From Phoronis australis (lineage: Eukaryota; Animalia; Phoronida): DNA of 64,000 bases. The notes below the pieces were generated by a model. That model saw nothing but the letters and a program-made list of their open reading frames with translations. It did not search any database and was not told the DNA's origin. The stretch spans positions 248,001 through 312,000 of the forward strand of contig NMRA01000361.1 of assembly GCA_002633005.1 (NCBI GenBank), given 5' to 3'. Positions 1 through 12,011 of the stretch are shown here, piece after piece (within the stretch, counting starts at the first letter, position 1; every line of letters begins with the position of its first letter). The translations under genes were made by a program, and so were the position numbers.

Positions 1-666
1 ACAATATGGGCCGCAAAATTGAGCTCTGATACATTTTTCGAATTCCCATGACAAGAAGATTCAGAAAATAGTAATATGAAGTTTGATCGTTGATACAGTT
101 GCATTCTAAGTAAAAGTCTGCTGCTGAGAACCAATTTTCATTGAATAATGGCAAATTGCCATTAAAATGGACCATGTTTTGGCATGTAGAACGCTACGCA
201 ACTGAATTTCGACTCTTGCTTGGGTGAGCAAACTAATATGGCCAAAATTCAACAAGAGTGAAATTTTTCCATTTTTCGTGGTTTTCACAAGCTAATATCT
301 ATTACCATAAATGGTGGAAAATGAAAAACATGCCAGTAAAATGTTAAAACTTTCTCCTTTCTGTTGATATCCATTACAATGAATGGGGGCATTAATGGAC
401 AACATGTTAAAACAGGCTGTGGAGAATATACAAACTTATACAAGTTTACATTTACAGCCTGTAAAGTGGATATTTGATATGATGTAAATTTTCTGAGGGG
501 TGTAAAAATGGTGCATATAAACAAGGTTTTAGTCACTGTGAAGTGTGTTTCATAGCGCAGTTATGTACAGTCTGCAGCCTTTACTCCCGAACGACACGCA
601 ATTTGAGCACTGTCTACGTCATTACCTATGTAGAATAAGCAGCAGCCATTTTTCTTTTCTTTTTAG

Positions 667-725
667 CTGCGAGAGGAAGAGGTCGAGGTGGTGGTCGTGG
701 AAATGTGTTCCAGAGGCGAAAATAG
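667..725 (+). CDS. SNRPD3: Final coding exon of small nuclear ribonucleoprotein Sm D3 (rest of gene lies upstream of the window)
   Basis: Polypyrimidine tract and AG at 665-666, then (x)ARGRGRGGGRGNVFQRRK-stop (TAG 723-725). This closely matches the RG-rich C-terminus of metazoan SmD3 (AARGRGRGMGRGNIFQKRR). Confidence 0.85.
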
Positions 726-1666
726 ACGAATGAAGTTGAACAAAGGGAATGCGGTTGACATGAAATGTTCTGTCATGATGCCTGGATGGTGTTCAAACAT
801 CGGAAGAGTAGTTTTAACTCAGCACATCGTCCCTGGAAGGATTATCCTCATTGATGAGCTGTGGATGAGATCGTTATTTTTATGAACACGTTTTGACACC
901 TCAAGAAATGGAAGAAGGAAGTACTCATCTTGTGACCAAAGTTTTTATGAATTGTTCTATCAGTGCAGTACTTGGTTAAAGGATACATTCCTGTTTCGTC
1001 TAATGATAGAACTGCGTTTTTATGTACTGTAATTTTTGTACTAGACTTAGTTGAATTACACATGTAAATTTGTATCACTTGTCTTCTTTCCTAATGCATT
1101 ATGAATATGCTGCAGTATTTGCATATACTGTACATGCATAAGTGGGTATTTTCGATTAAGTGTGACAAAATTGTTGCAGTTCGGTTTTTCCAGTTTGCAC
1201 TCTCAGCCCTTCAGATAAGTCCGGTTTCGCCTGACTTGGATGAAATCACTTGGTCTGGTTGGATCTGACTTGTACGAGTTTTAAGGTCATTGTAGTTAGT
1301 CTTCAAGTTCTTGAAAAGAAATGTTGTTCTTGCGATTTTTAAGTTCTACAAGTTATGTGTGGTTACTAGAACAGCTGGTCTTGATTTAGCAACATGCAGC
1401 TCGCCCATGCAACTTCAGATTTTTGCAAGTTGAAACGAAATCAGTATGGTATTACTCCCAGGTTGCTATCAAGTTTGAAGAAGTCAAAGAATTCACCTGC
1501 AATTCACTTGTGATTTCAAGACTTCAGAATTAGCAGCACTTTTCCAAATACAGTACTTTTGGCAGGGCTCTATGCTTAGCATATCAACTTGTTCAATGAA
1601 CCTGTTGCTGAATGAGAAATGAGGTCACCAAAACGAGGTAACTCCTATGTGACAGTGTGATAGTTG

Positions 1667-1908
1667 GGGACCCTTCCAAGAAACTGACTTATTGTTGACT
1701 TATGTCTAAGATTTGTCTCAACCTCCAAACTTTGAAACTTCCACATCCGGATAGTTAGTCAAACTAATGACAAAACTTAGTCAAAAACAACTCAAACTTA
1801 AGATCACTTTCTTGGAATAGACTTGAGACAAATTTAAGGTTTGCCTTAAAGTTGACTAAAATTTAAGATTTGTCTTTTAATAGCTAAGTCAATCTTGGAA
1901 CTGGGCCC
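1667..1908. mobile_element. ~240-bp non-autonomous DNA transposon (MITE), PIF/Harbinger-like termini, copy 1
   Basis: Terminal inverted repeats GGGACCCTTCCAAGA...TCTTGGAACTGGGCCC. Its reverse complement aligns along its length with 48435-48685. Confidence 0.65.
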
Positions 1909-2465
1909 TTCACAAATGATGCATACTTGCCAACTTTTAGAAATGGGGAAAACTGATTAAGTAAGGAACTATGCCCAATGAATGTCAGCCACAATACAGC
2001 GTAAAATTAGGTATAAACCCTGTGTTCACGATGACACCGAATTTCCGTTCAGCTTCTGCCTGAGGAGGAAGCTTACAACAGGAACTTGTATGTATGCATC
2101 ATGGTCTGGCCTTGCCTGTTTTTAAGGTACAGCTTGGGACTCCTGCATCTTTTGCTTCTATTAATTTTATTCGGTGTTCGGATGTTTGGAAGTCACCACA
2201 TATCTTGAAGCAACTTACTTATTTATCATTTAAAAGGATATCAAACCTGGTGTTGGCCCAGTAGCGGATATTAAAAATGATTTTCATCCCAGTTCTCTGA
2301 AACAAAAACAAATGACAGCCCTCATAAGTTGGAAGCAAAATTTGAAAATTTCAAAATGGCTTGTTGCCTTATAAGGGGCTGAAACCAGCAACAGGAATGG
2401 TGTGCAGTCGGATACTGCCTACAGGTGTCGTTGCATCACGAGGGACTGTCGCCAGCGTAGTTTAT

Positions 2466-2625
2466 CATGGGCGGATACAGGGTTTTGAATTAGGGGGACG
2501 AGGGCAGAGTATTAGCCAGGATTTTGGCTGTCAGACATTGGCGCTCCCGAACTGCCCAATGGAATCTTGGAGAATTTTAGGGGTTGGCATGGCCCCCTTG
2601 CCCCCTCCCTCTAAATCCGCCACTG
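2466..2625 (-). mobile_element. ~160-bp MITE with CAGTGGCGGAT-type TIRs and 5-bp TSD
   Basis: Termini CATGGGCGGATA / AATCCGCCACTG, flanked on both sides by TTTAT. Reverse complement of the copies at 3829-3980 and 40354-40512. Confidence 0.75.
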
Positions 2626-2760
2626 TTTATCGCCTGTGAGCAGAGGGATACAAGACCACAGATTCGTGTTGCGTCGCAAAGAGCTGCGACCAGCGAGTAC
2701 ATAGTGCTAAATGGACATAAGTAACTTAAACTTTAGGCGAGTTACATGGCAACTTAGGTA

Positions 2761-2925
2761 GAAGACCGCCCACCAAGAACCATAATATGTGTGACGGGTA
2801 GCATGATGAGCTAGTTCAATTCTGCTTTGGTCACTCAAGTGGGACGGCAATGATGCATGAGCAGGTGACAGAACCACAGTTGGTTGAAATCACCAAAACA
2901 GGGTGTGGTATCCTTTTAATTGGTG
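2761..2925 (+). repeat. Dispersed repeat fragment, similar to 16350-16505
   Basis: Shared blocks GACC(G/A)CCCA(C/A)CAAGAACCAT and TTGA(A/T)ATCACCAAAACAGGGT..GTATCCTTT at both loci. Confidence 0.5.
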
Positions 2926-2999
2926 GATTTGTATTAAGTAGCCACACAAAAGCCGAGTTCCCATTAGCGATCTGCGGGTCACCAAATCGAGCCTTGTTG

Positions 3000-3147
3000 C
3001 ATAAGCGGCGCAGCACTGAAAGAAGTGGGGTGTTAAAGCCTCCTCAGCCTCCCTGTGGTGAACCGCCTATAAATAGACCACGTGCGGTGTAGCACTGAAA
3101 AAAGTGGGGGGCTATAGCCCCCAGCCCCCTATGGTGCGCCGCCCATG
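3000..3147 (+). mobile_element. Short MITE (CATGGGCGGCGCA-type TIR) with internal duplication and 5-bp TSD
   Basis: Starts CATAAGCGGCGCAGCACTGAAA and ends TGCGCCGCCCATG; TGTTG on both sides. Same family as 6368-6440 and 11522-11597. Confidence 0.7.
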
Positions 3148-3828
3148 TGTTGTTATGCAATTATATTTGTTTCTTGAAATTGTTGGACTAGGAGCACATC
3201 TGAGCTGGTATTTAAACTACAACAAGTAAACTGCAGTGCTGGAATTGTTCCGCAAAAATCCGATGCCCTTTGTGTAGACGCAGTACACTCGCAAAAATGC
3301 AAAATCACGCTACTATTCACGAGATAGGGCCATGCAGCATAACCATGCGATCTCACTCGATTTACGCCTGAAATTCTTGTGTAGTTGACCCAGCAGGGGC
3401 CGACCAATGCACCTTGACGCCCTGCTCGATCAGTCGAAATTTGGGGAGTCCGACATACACCCTGCAACATACGTTTGAATGAGGTCCTTGCCGTCGTAAA
3501 ACTGGAAATAGAACGGTTCTAAAATCGCGCGGCGTCTTTCAGCTGCAGCTGAAATGAGCGCATTTCTATCAAATGTTGAGAGCAGATTTTTTGGTATTGG
3601 TCTCTATCTACCAAACTCTGTCACTTTCCTCCACCGGGGGCCGAAATTATGTGTTCCTGTTGAGAAGACCACTGGTGTTTGTTTTGCTTTGAGATAATTT
3701 TTTATTTTATTATTTATGTCAAAGTATACTCCACTATACGTCAGCAAGACCATCGGTAGCGGAATTCATTGCCCTACCCAGTTAGTCACCGCCAGGTAAG
3801 GTCCGTATTTGATGCTACTGTATCGGCA

Positions 3829-3980
3829 CAGTGGCGGATTTAGAGGGGGGCCAAGGGGGCCATGCCCCACCCCCTAAAACTCTTCCATTTGGCAATTCGG
3901 GGGTGCGTCGTCTGACGGGCAAAATCCTGGCTAATACTCTGCCCTGGCCCCCCTAAATATAAATCCTGGATCCGCCCCTG
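3829..3980 (+). mobile_element. ~150-bp MITE with CAGTGGCGGAT...ATCCGCCCCTG TIRs
   Basis: Clear TIRs; body closely similar to 40354-40512 and to the reverse complement of 2466-2625. Lies about 560 bp upstream of the HCP start codon. Confidence 0.75.
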
Positions 3981-4539
3981 CCGCGGCACAACTAATTCTT
4001 AATAACTAGTGCTCCAATTCGTGAAGATAGTCTTACGAATGTGAAATGTTCCTTGGCTCAGGAATCGTTCTACTAACGTGCTAAAAAGTAAACCGTGCCT
4101 GAACGCGCGACGAGGAAGGCCCCCCGGCTGACATTCAGTTGAAACCGCTTGGAAGAGAAGTTACGTAACAGGTCTCCAAATATTGGTCGCATCAGGAAAG
4201 CACCTTCCTCAAAGATACTATAAAATCTTTGCCTTCCTGGACGCATTCATGTCTTACCGTAATCACTCATTGACGTTTCGGTGTCATGCGGCTCTTTACT
4301 CCGGACTCGTGTCTCAGTTTACGGGAAGCAGTTTGCCAATCACCCAGTCTACATGTACGTCATTTGTTGCTTCACACTACGTTGACGTTTTCCTGACCTA
4401 TTTAAAAACAAATGTTTGATGACCGTAATCGCCCTATATAGCATTCCTAGTCGGGTTAATGTGTTGTGCTACAGTATAGTTGCCGTGGGTGTATTTTATC
4501 CGCGCTCTGATTGCTAGGGTCACTTACCATTTGGTTTCA

Positions 4540-7500
4540 ATGGCCTCTCGTGTGCTTTTGCGCTGGGGAGCGTCTGGATTTGTATCCACAAGCAAAATAT
4601 GGCAGTCATCCAGGAGCGTGGTGGTTGGCTCTCTTATCCGGAGGCAGAATACAGACTACGCACCAGGTCTTGCGGCTTGTAATGTGGTTTTGAACCGAGG
4701 ATATGCTGTTAAACCGAGACCTTCAAAGGAGTCCACACGCGAGGGTATGTGTATAAGGCTATGTAGGACCTATCAACAAGCCTGGCTGTTTAGCAAAATA
4801 TCTACAAATTATGGAATTCAAGTCAATAAAAGTACTTTTTGTGAAAGTAGAAAGCCTGTAGAATTGATGTTTGGATTTTGATAGATCTTGGATGAATTGG
4901 CAGACTTGTTCATGTCCTTTAGTAAAATTTAAAAAAAAGGAAGGACCATCGACAGCAAAATCACGGTATCAACAACATTGTTTTATATTGACTTGACTGA
5001 GATTAGACATGCTCTTAGTTAGAATGACTTAACGACTGGGCTGATGTGGTTATAGGCTATGTACTGTCTTATTCTGCTATATAGTACCTATCGGAAACCA
5101 TGCTTTGTAAAAAGAAGGAGTAACTGAACGCCTTGTGCCTTGACACTCGCAGACTCCTATATAAACATGCATTTCTTGACAAAGTGTTCAAAATGAAACC
5201 TCAAAAACTCTGTTACAATTTTCTAAATTACCTCTTCCATTTCGTTTATGCAACATCAGATTTTTTCATGAAAATCGCAACAGTCTAAATTTTGATAGCC
5301 CTCACACAAAAGTGGAACATTTAAGAATAGGGTTTTGAAGAACATCGCATAATAAAGCAAAGTATCTGAGAAAGTTTCATATGAATCCGATCTCCCATCT
5401 CTGAGATATGATGGATGTTACTAATTTTGGTCAAAATTGAACTTTTTATGGGTCTGCATAGCCTTAAACCAACTAACTGGACAATAGTACAATGTCATTA
5501 TTTGTTAATTTGTATAATTTCAAACGTCAGTGGTAAATGCTATTGGTAGTCCAGTAATTGGAGTAGCAGTCCGTTTTATATCCCATAGCAACAATACAAT
5601 AATTTCGTTAGAGCTCGTCAAAATCTTCATAACGCATACCAAAACTGTGTGGAGGAGGCAAGAAAAAATTATGAAATTGAATTGTGACTTATTTCATTTT
5701 GAACACGAGCAAGTTCTTTGAACTATTTTGACGCTGGAGTGTTAACGTAGACAGGAGACTGGATAATGTCTAAATATTTCGTTCAGACCACAGTCTGCCA
5801 AATCACTATCTTGAGGTGACTGTTACGATAAAAATGTGCAATGTCATAAAGGATTACCTGGTGAAACTGATTAATGTGGTCGTTATCTTATGAATAATTT
5901 TGTGATTGTGACTTTAAAAGTCTTTCCCACGTTACGGATTTTTTCAACTTCTCCCCATCTTCAATGCACATTGATTTTCTTCTGACACTCATGCCCTCCA
6001 CTATATCTTCATGACCCTTCCGAAAAAGATCTGATCACTATTTACACACGCTATAGGGTAAAGCTATAGATTTGACACTGAGCTGTAGAATTTCAAAAAA
6101 GTTGGTCACTTTTTTGAAACTGAATGGTGTCCGCAGGAATGTAATGTATTCCTTAGCACTTGAATTTCGACTGGAACCCTATCTATGAAGTCTATCTGGC
6201 GAGGTACAGCATTTTTTTCTTTTTCATTTCGTTTTTTATTTCTTTATTTTACTTCACAAAACCTGAGTTTCTAACAGCGCAATTATTTAATCTCCAAAAT
6301 CCCCCACCCACGTCAAATTTTGATGGTACGCGAATTGCCAAATTGTATACAGGAAAGATCGGTCCTACATGGGCGGCGCAGCACTGAAAAAGGTTGGGGG
6401 GGGGCTATAGCCCCCAGCCCCCCATGGTGCGCCGCCCATGTCCCATTGATATGCTGGGATGATTTTAGGACCGCGCCATTGTCGCGTAAAGATTTTCAGT
6501 CGTGACGCACTGTAGTTACTTAACTTGCCGGGCCAATGCACATATAAAAATTGGGTCGCAGTCACGCCTCATTTTATATCCATTGAATTCAGATAGTAAC
6601 TCAAGGACAATGCAGAGCAGTCGATCAAAACTAACTTTGTCGATGACCAAAACGACAATGTTGGGGTGGTGGTAAAGCATTGTATGAAAATATACATATC
6701 TCAACTATGGATTTGTGTGTTTGGTTCCCAGGTAGCCGTTTAGACAAATCACTATTCGCCGTGCAACGTACTAAAGTAGCAGATGAAATCACACGTAAAA
6801 ATGTACCCCCCCCCCCATGGGATCAAACAAGGACTGAAAATGCTAACGAGTGACATGTTACTAATTTGTCCATACGTTTGAGACCCTGTGAGTCAATTTT
6901 CGAAAAGGATCCCTGACTTAGACATGTTTCTCTTTCCTGATCTTAATATATTCAATTTCTTAGCTGGACTAGAAGAAATGAATGGGCCTCGGGTTTTTCG
7001 TCAGGAATACTTCCAGTGTGCCGGCGGCAGAACATTTTAGGCGCCAAGCGGCAAGGCCTCAAGCTGTAACGAACTGTCCGAGCTTCGCTTCTTATTTGAG
7101 TTAAGACCAAGTTGAGATCAGATTTGTAACGAGATGCTTGGTCTAAATTAAAAGTTTTTTTGTGACGAACTTGCGTCCAAGTGCTCACGAAGACGAGCAC
7201 TTGCCGATTTTTTTTTCTTCAGCCAATAAGGAGGTAAATTATCGATTGCTTGTGAAGTATAGAGATATGCCAATGTACATCTTCAAATTGGAAAGTTTTA
7301 TATCTTTGACTCTAGTGACGGGTAATCCACGTTGTCTTCCAGAGATGTTTTGTTTTCAATGTGAACAGACAAAAAACCGACGAGGATGTGTCGAGATTGG
7401 TGTTTGTGGAAAGACACCAGACGTCGCTGCTCTGCAAGACCTCCTTGTGTTTGTTTTGAAAGGCATCTCTGTCTACGCCAATAGGCTTAGAAAGATGGGA

Positions 7501-10500
7501 GTTGGGATTCAACAGGAGATTGGAGAATTTACGTTTGGGGCTCTTTTCAGGTAGACCTATTCAAAATTAAGGATTATTACGCGATATTGTCTTAAAATAC
7601 CCACGGGTAAATCAAATAGGAACTTACCAGCACCCACTTGCAAGGCCCAGAGGCGGATCTACAGGGGGGTTCAGGGGGTTCAAACACCCCTTTCGTGACA
7701 GGATCAAAAATAAAAACTCCAGAAAAAAGAAATCAGCAACTAAAAACCACAACAAATCTTACACGACCTTCCTTCCGCTCAGCGCTATGCGCCTCGGATT
7801 CGCTCGAATCCTAACACCTCCCCTCCATTACTGAAAACGTAGATCTGCCACTGCAAGCAATTGTTCGTTAATATGCATACTTGTCTCTATTGTCATTAAA
7901 ACGCACTTCTTTGTTGTTTTGATTTTGTGTCAGTTTTACAGTCGATCTTTTAGTCCTGATTACAATTTCAGTTGATCCAAACAAATGTTATTTTGTGGAG
8001 GCTGTTAGGGCCGGTGTTTATTTTTTGTCTGAATATTCTTTCAGTACTCTCACGAATGTTAACTTCGATCAAGATCGTTTTGTTGAATACATATCAGACG
8101 CAGTTAAATATCGAGATCAGCTCAAAGAATCATACATGCTGACATGTAGTGATGAGGGAATCCCACCGGACGTGTTCCTGCACGGACCTGCGCACTGGAA
8201 GCCTCCTGGCAATAAGTTTGACGTGCACAGCCTGGTAGAAGAAGGTATTTTTGCACGATTATGCATCAACTTTTTTCGCTGTAACTGTAAGTGAACCTCT
8301 CGAAAACAAACTCGTGGTATAAACCTATTGAAAATAGATTTTCTAAACAGTTGTTTTAACGTAAACGTTGATCGTTCTCACAGTCCTTTCGAGTTTTAAT
8401 GTCCAGACTTGAAATTAGAGTAATTCATTTACTTCAGAATTTTTTTTCTCGTAAGTATGATAGTGCAACTCATTACAGGAAAGCAGGTGAATCTCCGTAA
8501 CGAGGAACTCCAGTACGGCGAGGATGTTCACGGCGTTCGACAGATGATCATCTACGGCCTGAAAGGCATGGCGGCTTATGGGCGCCATGCGCAACTGGTG
8601 GACGAATATGACGATTCGCTGTGTGGGTTTGTGTATGAAGTACGTTATTTCGAACACCATTCTATGGCCATTATTAGTCTTACAGGTTCATTTCCGATCG
8701 CTATATGTTTACTTAAGTTTTGGCCACAATTCTACTTCTGCATGAAGATATACCTTTCATTTTTATGCTACTAAATGTTTCACTGGATGGAAGCTCCCAC
8801 CTCGTACAGAATATAAAGTCTCAATAATTGGTGCATAGCCCAGGCTGAAGAGGTCAACCTAGCACATAGTATCTGCCGAGTGAATTGGCTTTAGTTGTAG
8901 TTTGTCTATACCGCTAGTGGTGAATAAAAAAATCTTTTTGACTTGAGATCACTGCACCAGTTGAGTACAATATTAGGCCATCACTACCACCTCCACTAAT
9001 ACTACTTCTGCTAAATCGTTCCAGGCACTTGACTGGCTAGCAACTGGCCCACCAAAAGAAACAAACGATTTGGGAGCTAATCTTGCCATGGCTTTGAGGG
9101 TCGGCGAGGAAAACATTAAGGGGCTCCAGCTTCTGGACAAGGGTCACTGCACCTTATATGGAAACCCATCACCAACTGAAGTCAACTTAACACCGGTACC
9201 TGGAAAGGTAAATGTTTTCGGTTCTACAAAAGACTTGTCAGTAGCCGATAAGCACACAGGTGCCAAGATACTGTTTACTTCTAAAGCTGCTTTGTGAGAA
9301 ATGATTAGGTTTCATAGTTTGAAGAACATTTAACAAATTTCGTTTCAGTGTTTATTGGTATCCGGACACGACATTCATGACGTATATAACATCCTCAAGA
9401 TGACAGAGGGAACTGGAATCAACGTCTACACTCACGGTGAATTGCTTCCGGTGCATGGCTATCCCAAACTAAGAGAATTTAAGGTGAGGATAGAAGTGGC
9501 GGAGTAGAGAAGAATAGTCCCCACTCGTCTGGAACCTGGTTGCCAACCCTTTCTGTAAGAAGCTAGTCCTTTTTTCATCTGACGTGCTGTAGGCCCAGTT
9601 ACGCCCTTTTAAGTTTTAAACAACTTGGTCTGACTATTGGTTCGAAATATTCAGTTCTGATGCTAACTAGGAATCATTTTTTTAGCACCTTGCAGGCCAC
9701 TTCGGTGGGGCGTGGCAACTACAGCGGTTCGAGTTCCCTATGTTTCCGGGCCCTATTGTTATCACCACCAACTGTTTAACAGAACCCATGAAGTCGTACA
9801 AGGACAGCATCTACACAGTCAATGAAACAGGTAGCCATTACACACGGTTGCTGCGTTACTTGGTGTTTATCAGACATCGTGCCAAGTTAATGACTGTAGC
9901 CGTTATAGTTCTAGGCTTAACTATAGCGCTTGTGTTTAAATGAACACGCCATGAGCACCCCAACATTGAGAACAAGCTGGGAAGTGTGGTCATTTATTTT
10001 GTAACTAATTTAAGATGAAAATCCGAGTCGCTATGAATACTGAATATGACGACCATATTAACACTTTTCCTCAATGTCACTCTCACTCTCGTTTAATCCA
10101 TCACGGCTTTGTTATTGACGTTTTTTCGCCAATTGTAGTTAACGTTCCGATCTTTTCTTTGCGGAGATTCGATGATTTCCTGTTGGTATATTTATACGCT
10201 TAGTACTATAATTTATTTTAAGGCTGGCCTGGGGTGAAACATTTGCGTAACTTGGCAGAGGACTTTCCTCAAGTGATTGACCAGGCATTGTCAATGGAAG
10301 GGTTCACTAAGGCCCGTCAGTCTGAGCAACAAAAGACACTAACTGTGGGATTTGGTCATCATGCTATTGTCAGTAACGCCGACAAGGTAACTACTGTGTA
10401 GCTAATCTTTCCAATTTTTAAAACCATTGAAACCTTTTGTGTAAATGAGAGTAAAAAGTTCAAAGACAACCCACCATCGAACTGTATATTATACTATATT

Positions 10501-11075
10501 ATATTATATTAGTAAATACTTATCCAGTGTTGCTTTATTATCGCCTGGCGTTCTTTTCTTTATAGGTCATAGGTGCAGTGCAATCCGGTGAACTTAGTCG
10601 CGTATTCCTCGTAGGCGGATGCGATGGTGCTGAGAACAAGCGCACATATTTCTCCAAACTCGTGGATGGGTTACCCGAGGACACTCTCATCCTCACACTA
10701 GGTTGCGCCAAGTACCGCTTCAACCGGCACGAGTTCGGGGAACTGGGGTCAACTGGACTCCCACGCCTTCTGGACGTCGGACAGTGCAACGATGCTTACG
10801 GCGCCGTTGTAGTCGCTACAGAACTTGCTAAAGCGTTCAATACTGACATCAACTCCTTACCCCTGTCGTTGAATATTTCATGGTTTGAACAAAAGGCCGT
10901 TGCAGTTTTACTGTCTTTGCTGCATTTGGGCGTCAAAAATATTCGCTTGGGTCCCGTCATGCCGGCTTTCCTCACCCCAACTGTTGTTAACATTCTACAA
11001 GACAAGTTCAATATTATGCCAACTCAAGTGAGAAACCCGAATGATGATCTGAAGGAAATGATGTCGGGAAATTAA
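4540..11075 (+). CDS. hcp: Hybrid-cluster protein (HCP / prismane / 'hydroxylamine reductase', NO reductase family) with N-terminal mitochondrial-type presequence; spliced, 636 aa (657 aa with optional exon)
   Basis: Exons 4540-4744, [6732-6794 probable], 7343-7550, 8045-8244, 8479-8639, 9025-9207, 9349-9483, 9686-9830, 10223-10386 and 10566-11075. All introns are GT-AG and phase-compatible; total 1911 nt (1974 with the optional exon). Motifs: [23 protein letters not shown] (cubane Cys cluster), [75 protein letters not shown] at about 11142 and 11212. Confidence 0.95.
5055..5463. mobile_element. Probable non-autonomous DNA transposon (Kolobok-like termini) in HCP intron 1
   Basis: Short TIR GGCTATG / CATAGCC with TATA / TTAA flanks. 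Only one copy seen in the window. Confidence 0.35.
6368..6440 (+). mobile_element. 73-bp MITE with CATGGGCGGCGCA...TGCGCCGCCCATG TIRs
   Basis: Perfect 13-bp TIR; flanks TCCTA / TCCCA (4 of 5 match). Same family as 3000-3147. Confidence 0.7.
7648..7853 (+). mobile_element. MITE with CAGAGGCGGATCTAC...GTAGATCTGCCACTG TIRs, in an HCP intron
   Basis: 15-bp imperfect TIR related to the CAGTGGCGGAT family. TSD not clear. Confidence 0.6.
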
Positions 11076-11521
11076 AAGTAAGAAGTGGTCAACTTCAAAG
11101 GAACTCAAGGTTTTTCGCTGAAGAGGAACTTAGAGTTGGGAAATAAAAATGCAGTTCATTTTATTCTGTTGAATGATTTAGCTTTATTTATGTCCATTTT
11201 CTTGAATTAAGAATAAAAACCCCAATTTGATGTTCGTTTTAGTCGGTAAAACTTGGCGAGACGCAGCTTCAACTAATGAAAAGGTTAGCGTTTTAAAGAT
11301 CTGTAACCAAACCACAGTTCCGACTCCGTAAGACCAACACGGCGCCAATTCCAAGCGGGAAGTCGCGATCTCTGTAAGGTCGTAACTTCTTTTTGTTCAA
11401 GTACAAACATGTTAATCTTAGTTTCTGGTAAATATAATGTGTCAGTGGTAAAATGTTGCATTAACTATTTAGTAGCATTCTTGTCGCGCCGTGTTGAGTA
11501 ATTGCAACAACAGCGTATTGA

Positions 11522-11597
11522 CATGGGCCGCGCAGCCATTAGTGGGGGGCTATTGCCCCCCCTCCCCCAGTCCCCTATCAGGGGCGTGCCTCCCATG
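11522..11597 (+). mobile_element. 76-bp MITE with CATGGG...CCCATG termini and 5-bp TSD
   Basis: ATTGA directly flanks both ends; internal GGGGGGCTATTGCCCCCC hairpin shared with 6368-6440. Confidence 0.7.
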
Positions 11598-12011
11598 ATT
11601 GAATCGACCGGTTGTTGCAGTTTTGTGGAAGAGGCTTTTCCATCATTGAATGCAAAGGTTATAATTGAGAATCTTCTCGTTTACGATGTAATTATTGTTA
11701 AGTTGTATCATTGTAAATTTGATCGTCATGTAAATAAAAAGCCTATACAAACCTTAGTGTTTTAAGTCAGTATCTCAATACATGCCTTTTTCAAAAACAC
11801 ATTTTGGAGTCTTTTTGCAAGCATTTTCCAGCACTTACCAGGCAACAATCTCTTCACCGCGTGGAAAAATACTTGCTAACCACAGTCGACGACGTGAACA
11901 AAGTGTGACGTCACGACCGTGGTGTAACGCAATATGTACACATGATTTCGTTGAAATGGTGGTTTTCAACCGAGCATATTACCGACCTAAAGAAGCCATG
12001 AAGTCTATGAG

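Noticed and set aside
4000-4540. Hypoxia-response (RCGTG) elements upstream of HCP
   Set aside because: Only isolated 5-mers (for example ACGTG at ~4076), which are expected by chance; not supportable without conservation or ChIP data.
10538-11011. Minus-strand ORFs opposite the last HCP exon
   Set aside because: Antisense shadows of a coding exon.
4540-11075. HCP as bacterial contamination or a pseudogene
   Set aside because: It is split by phase-consistent GT-AG introns containing host MITEs, has no frameshift or internal stop, has AATAAA signals, and is flanked by animal genes.
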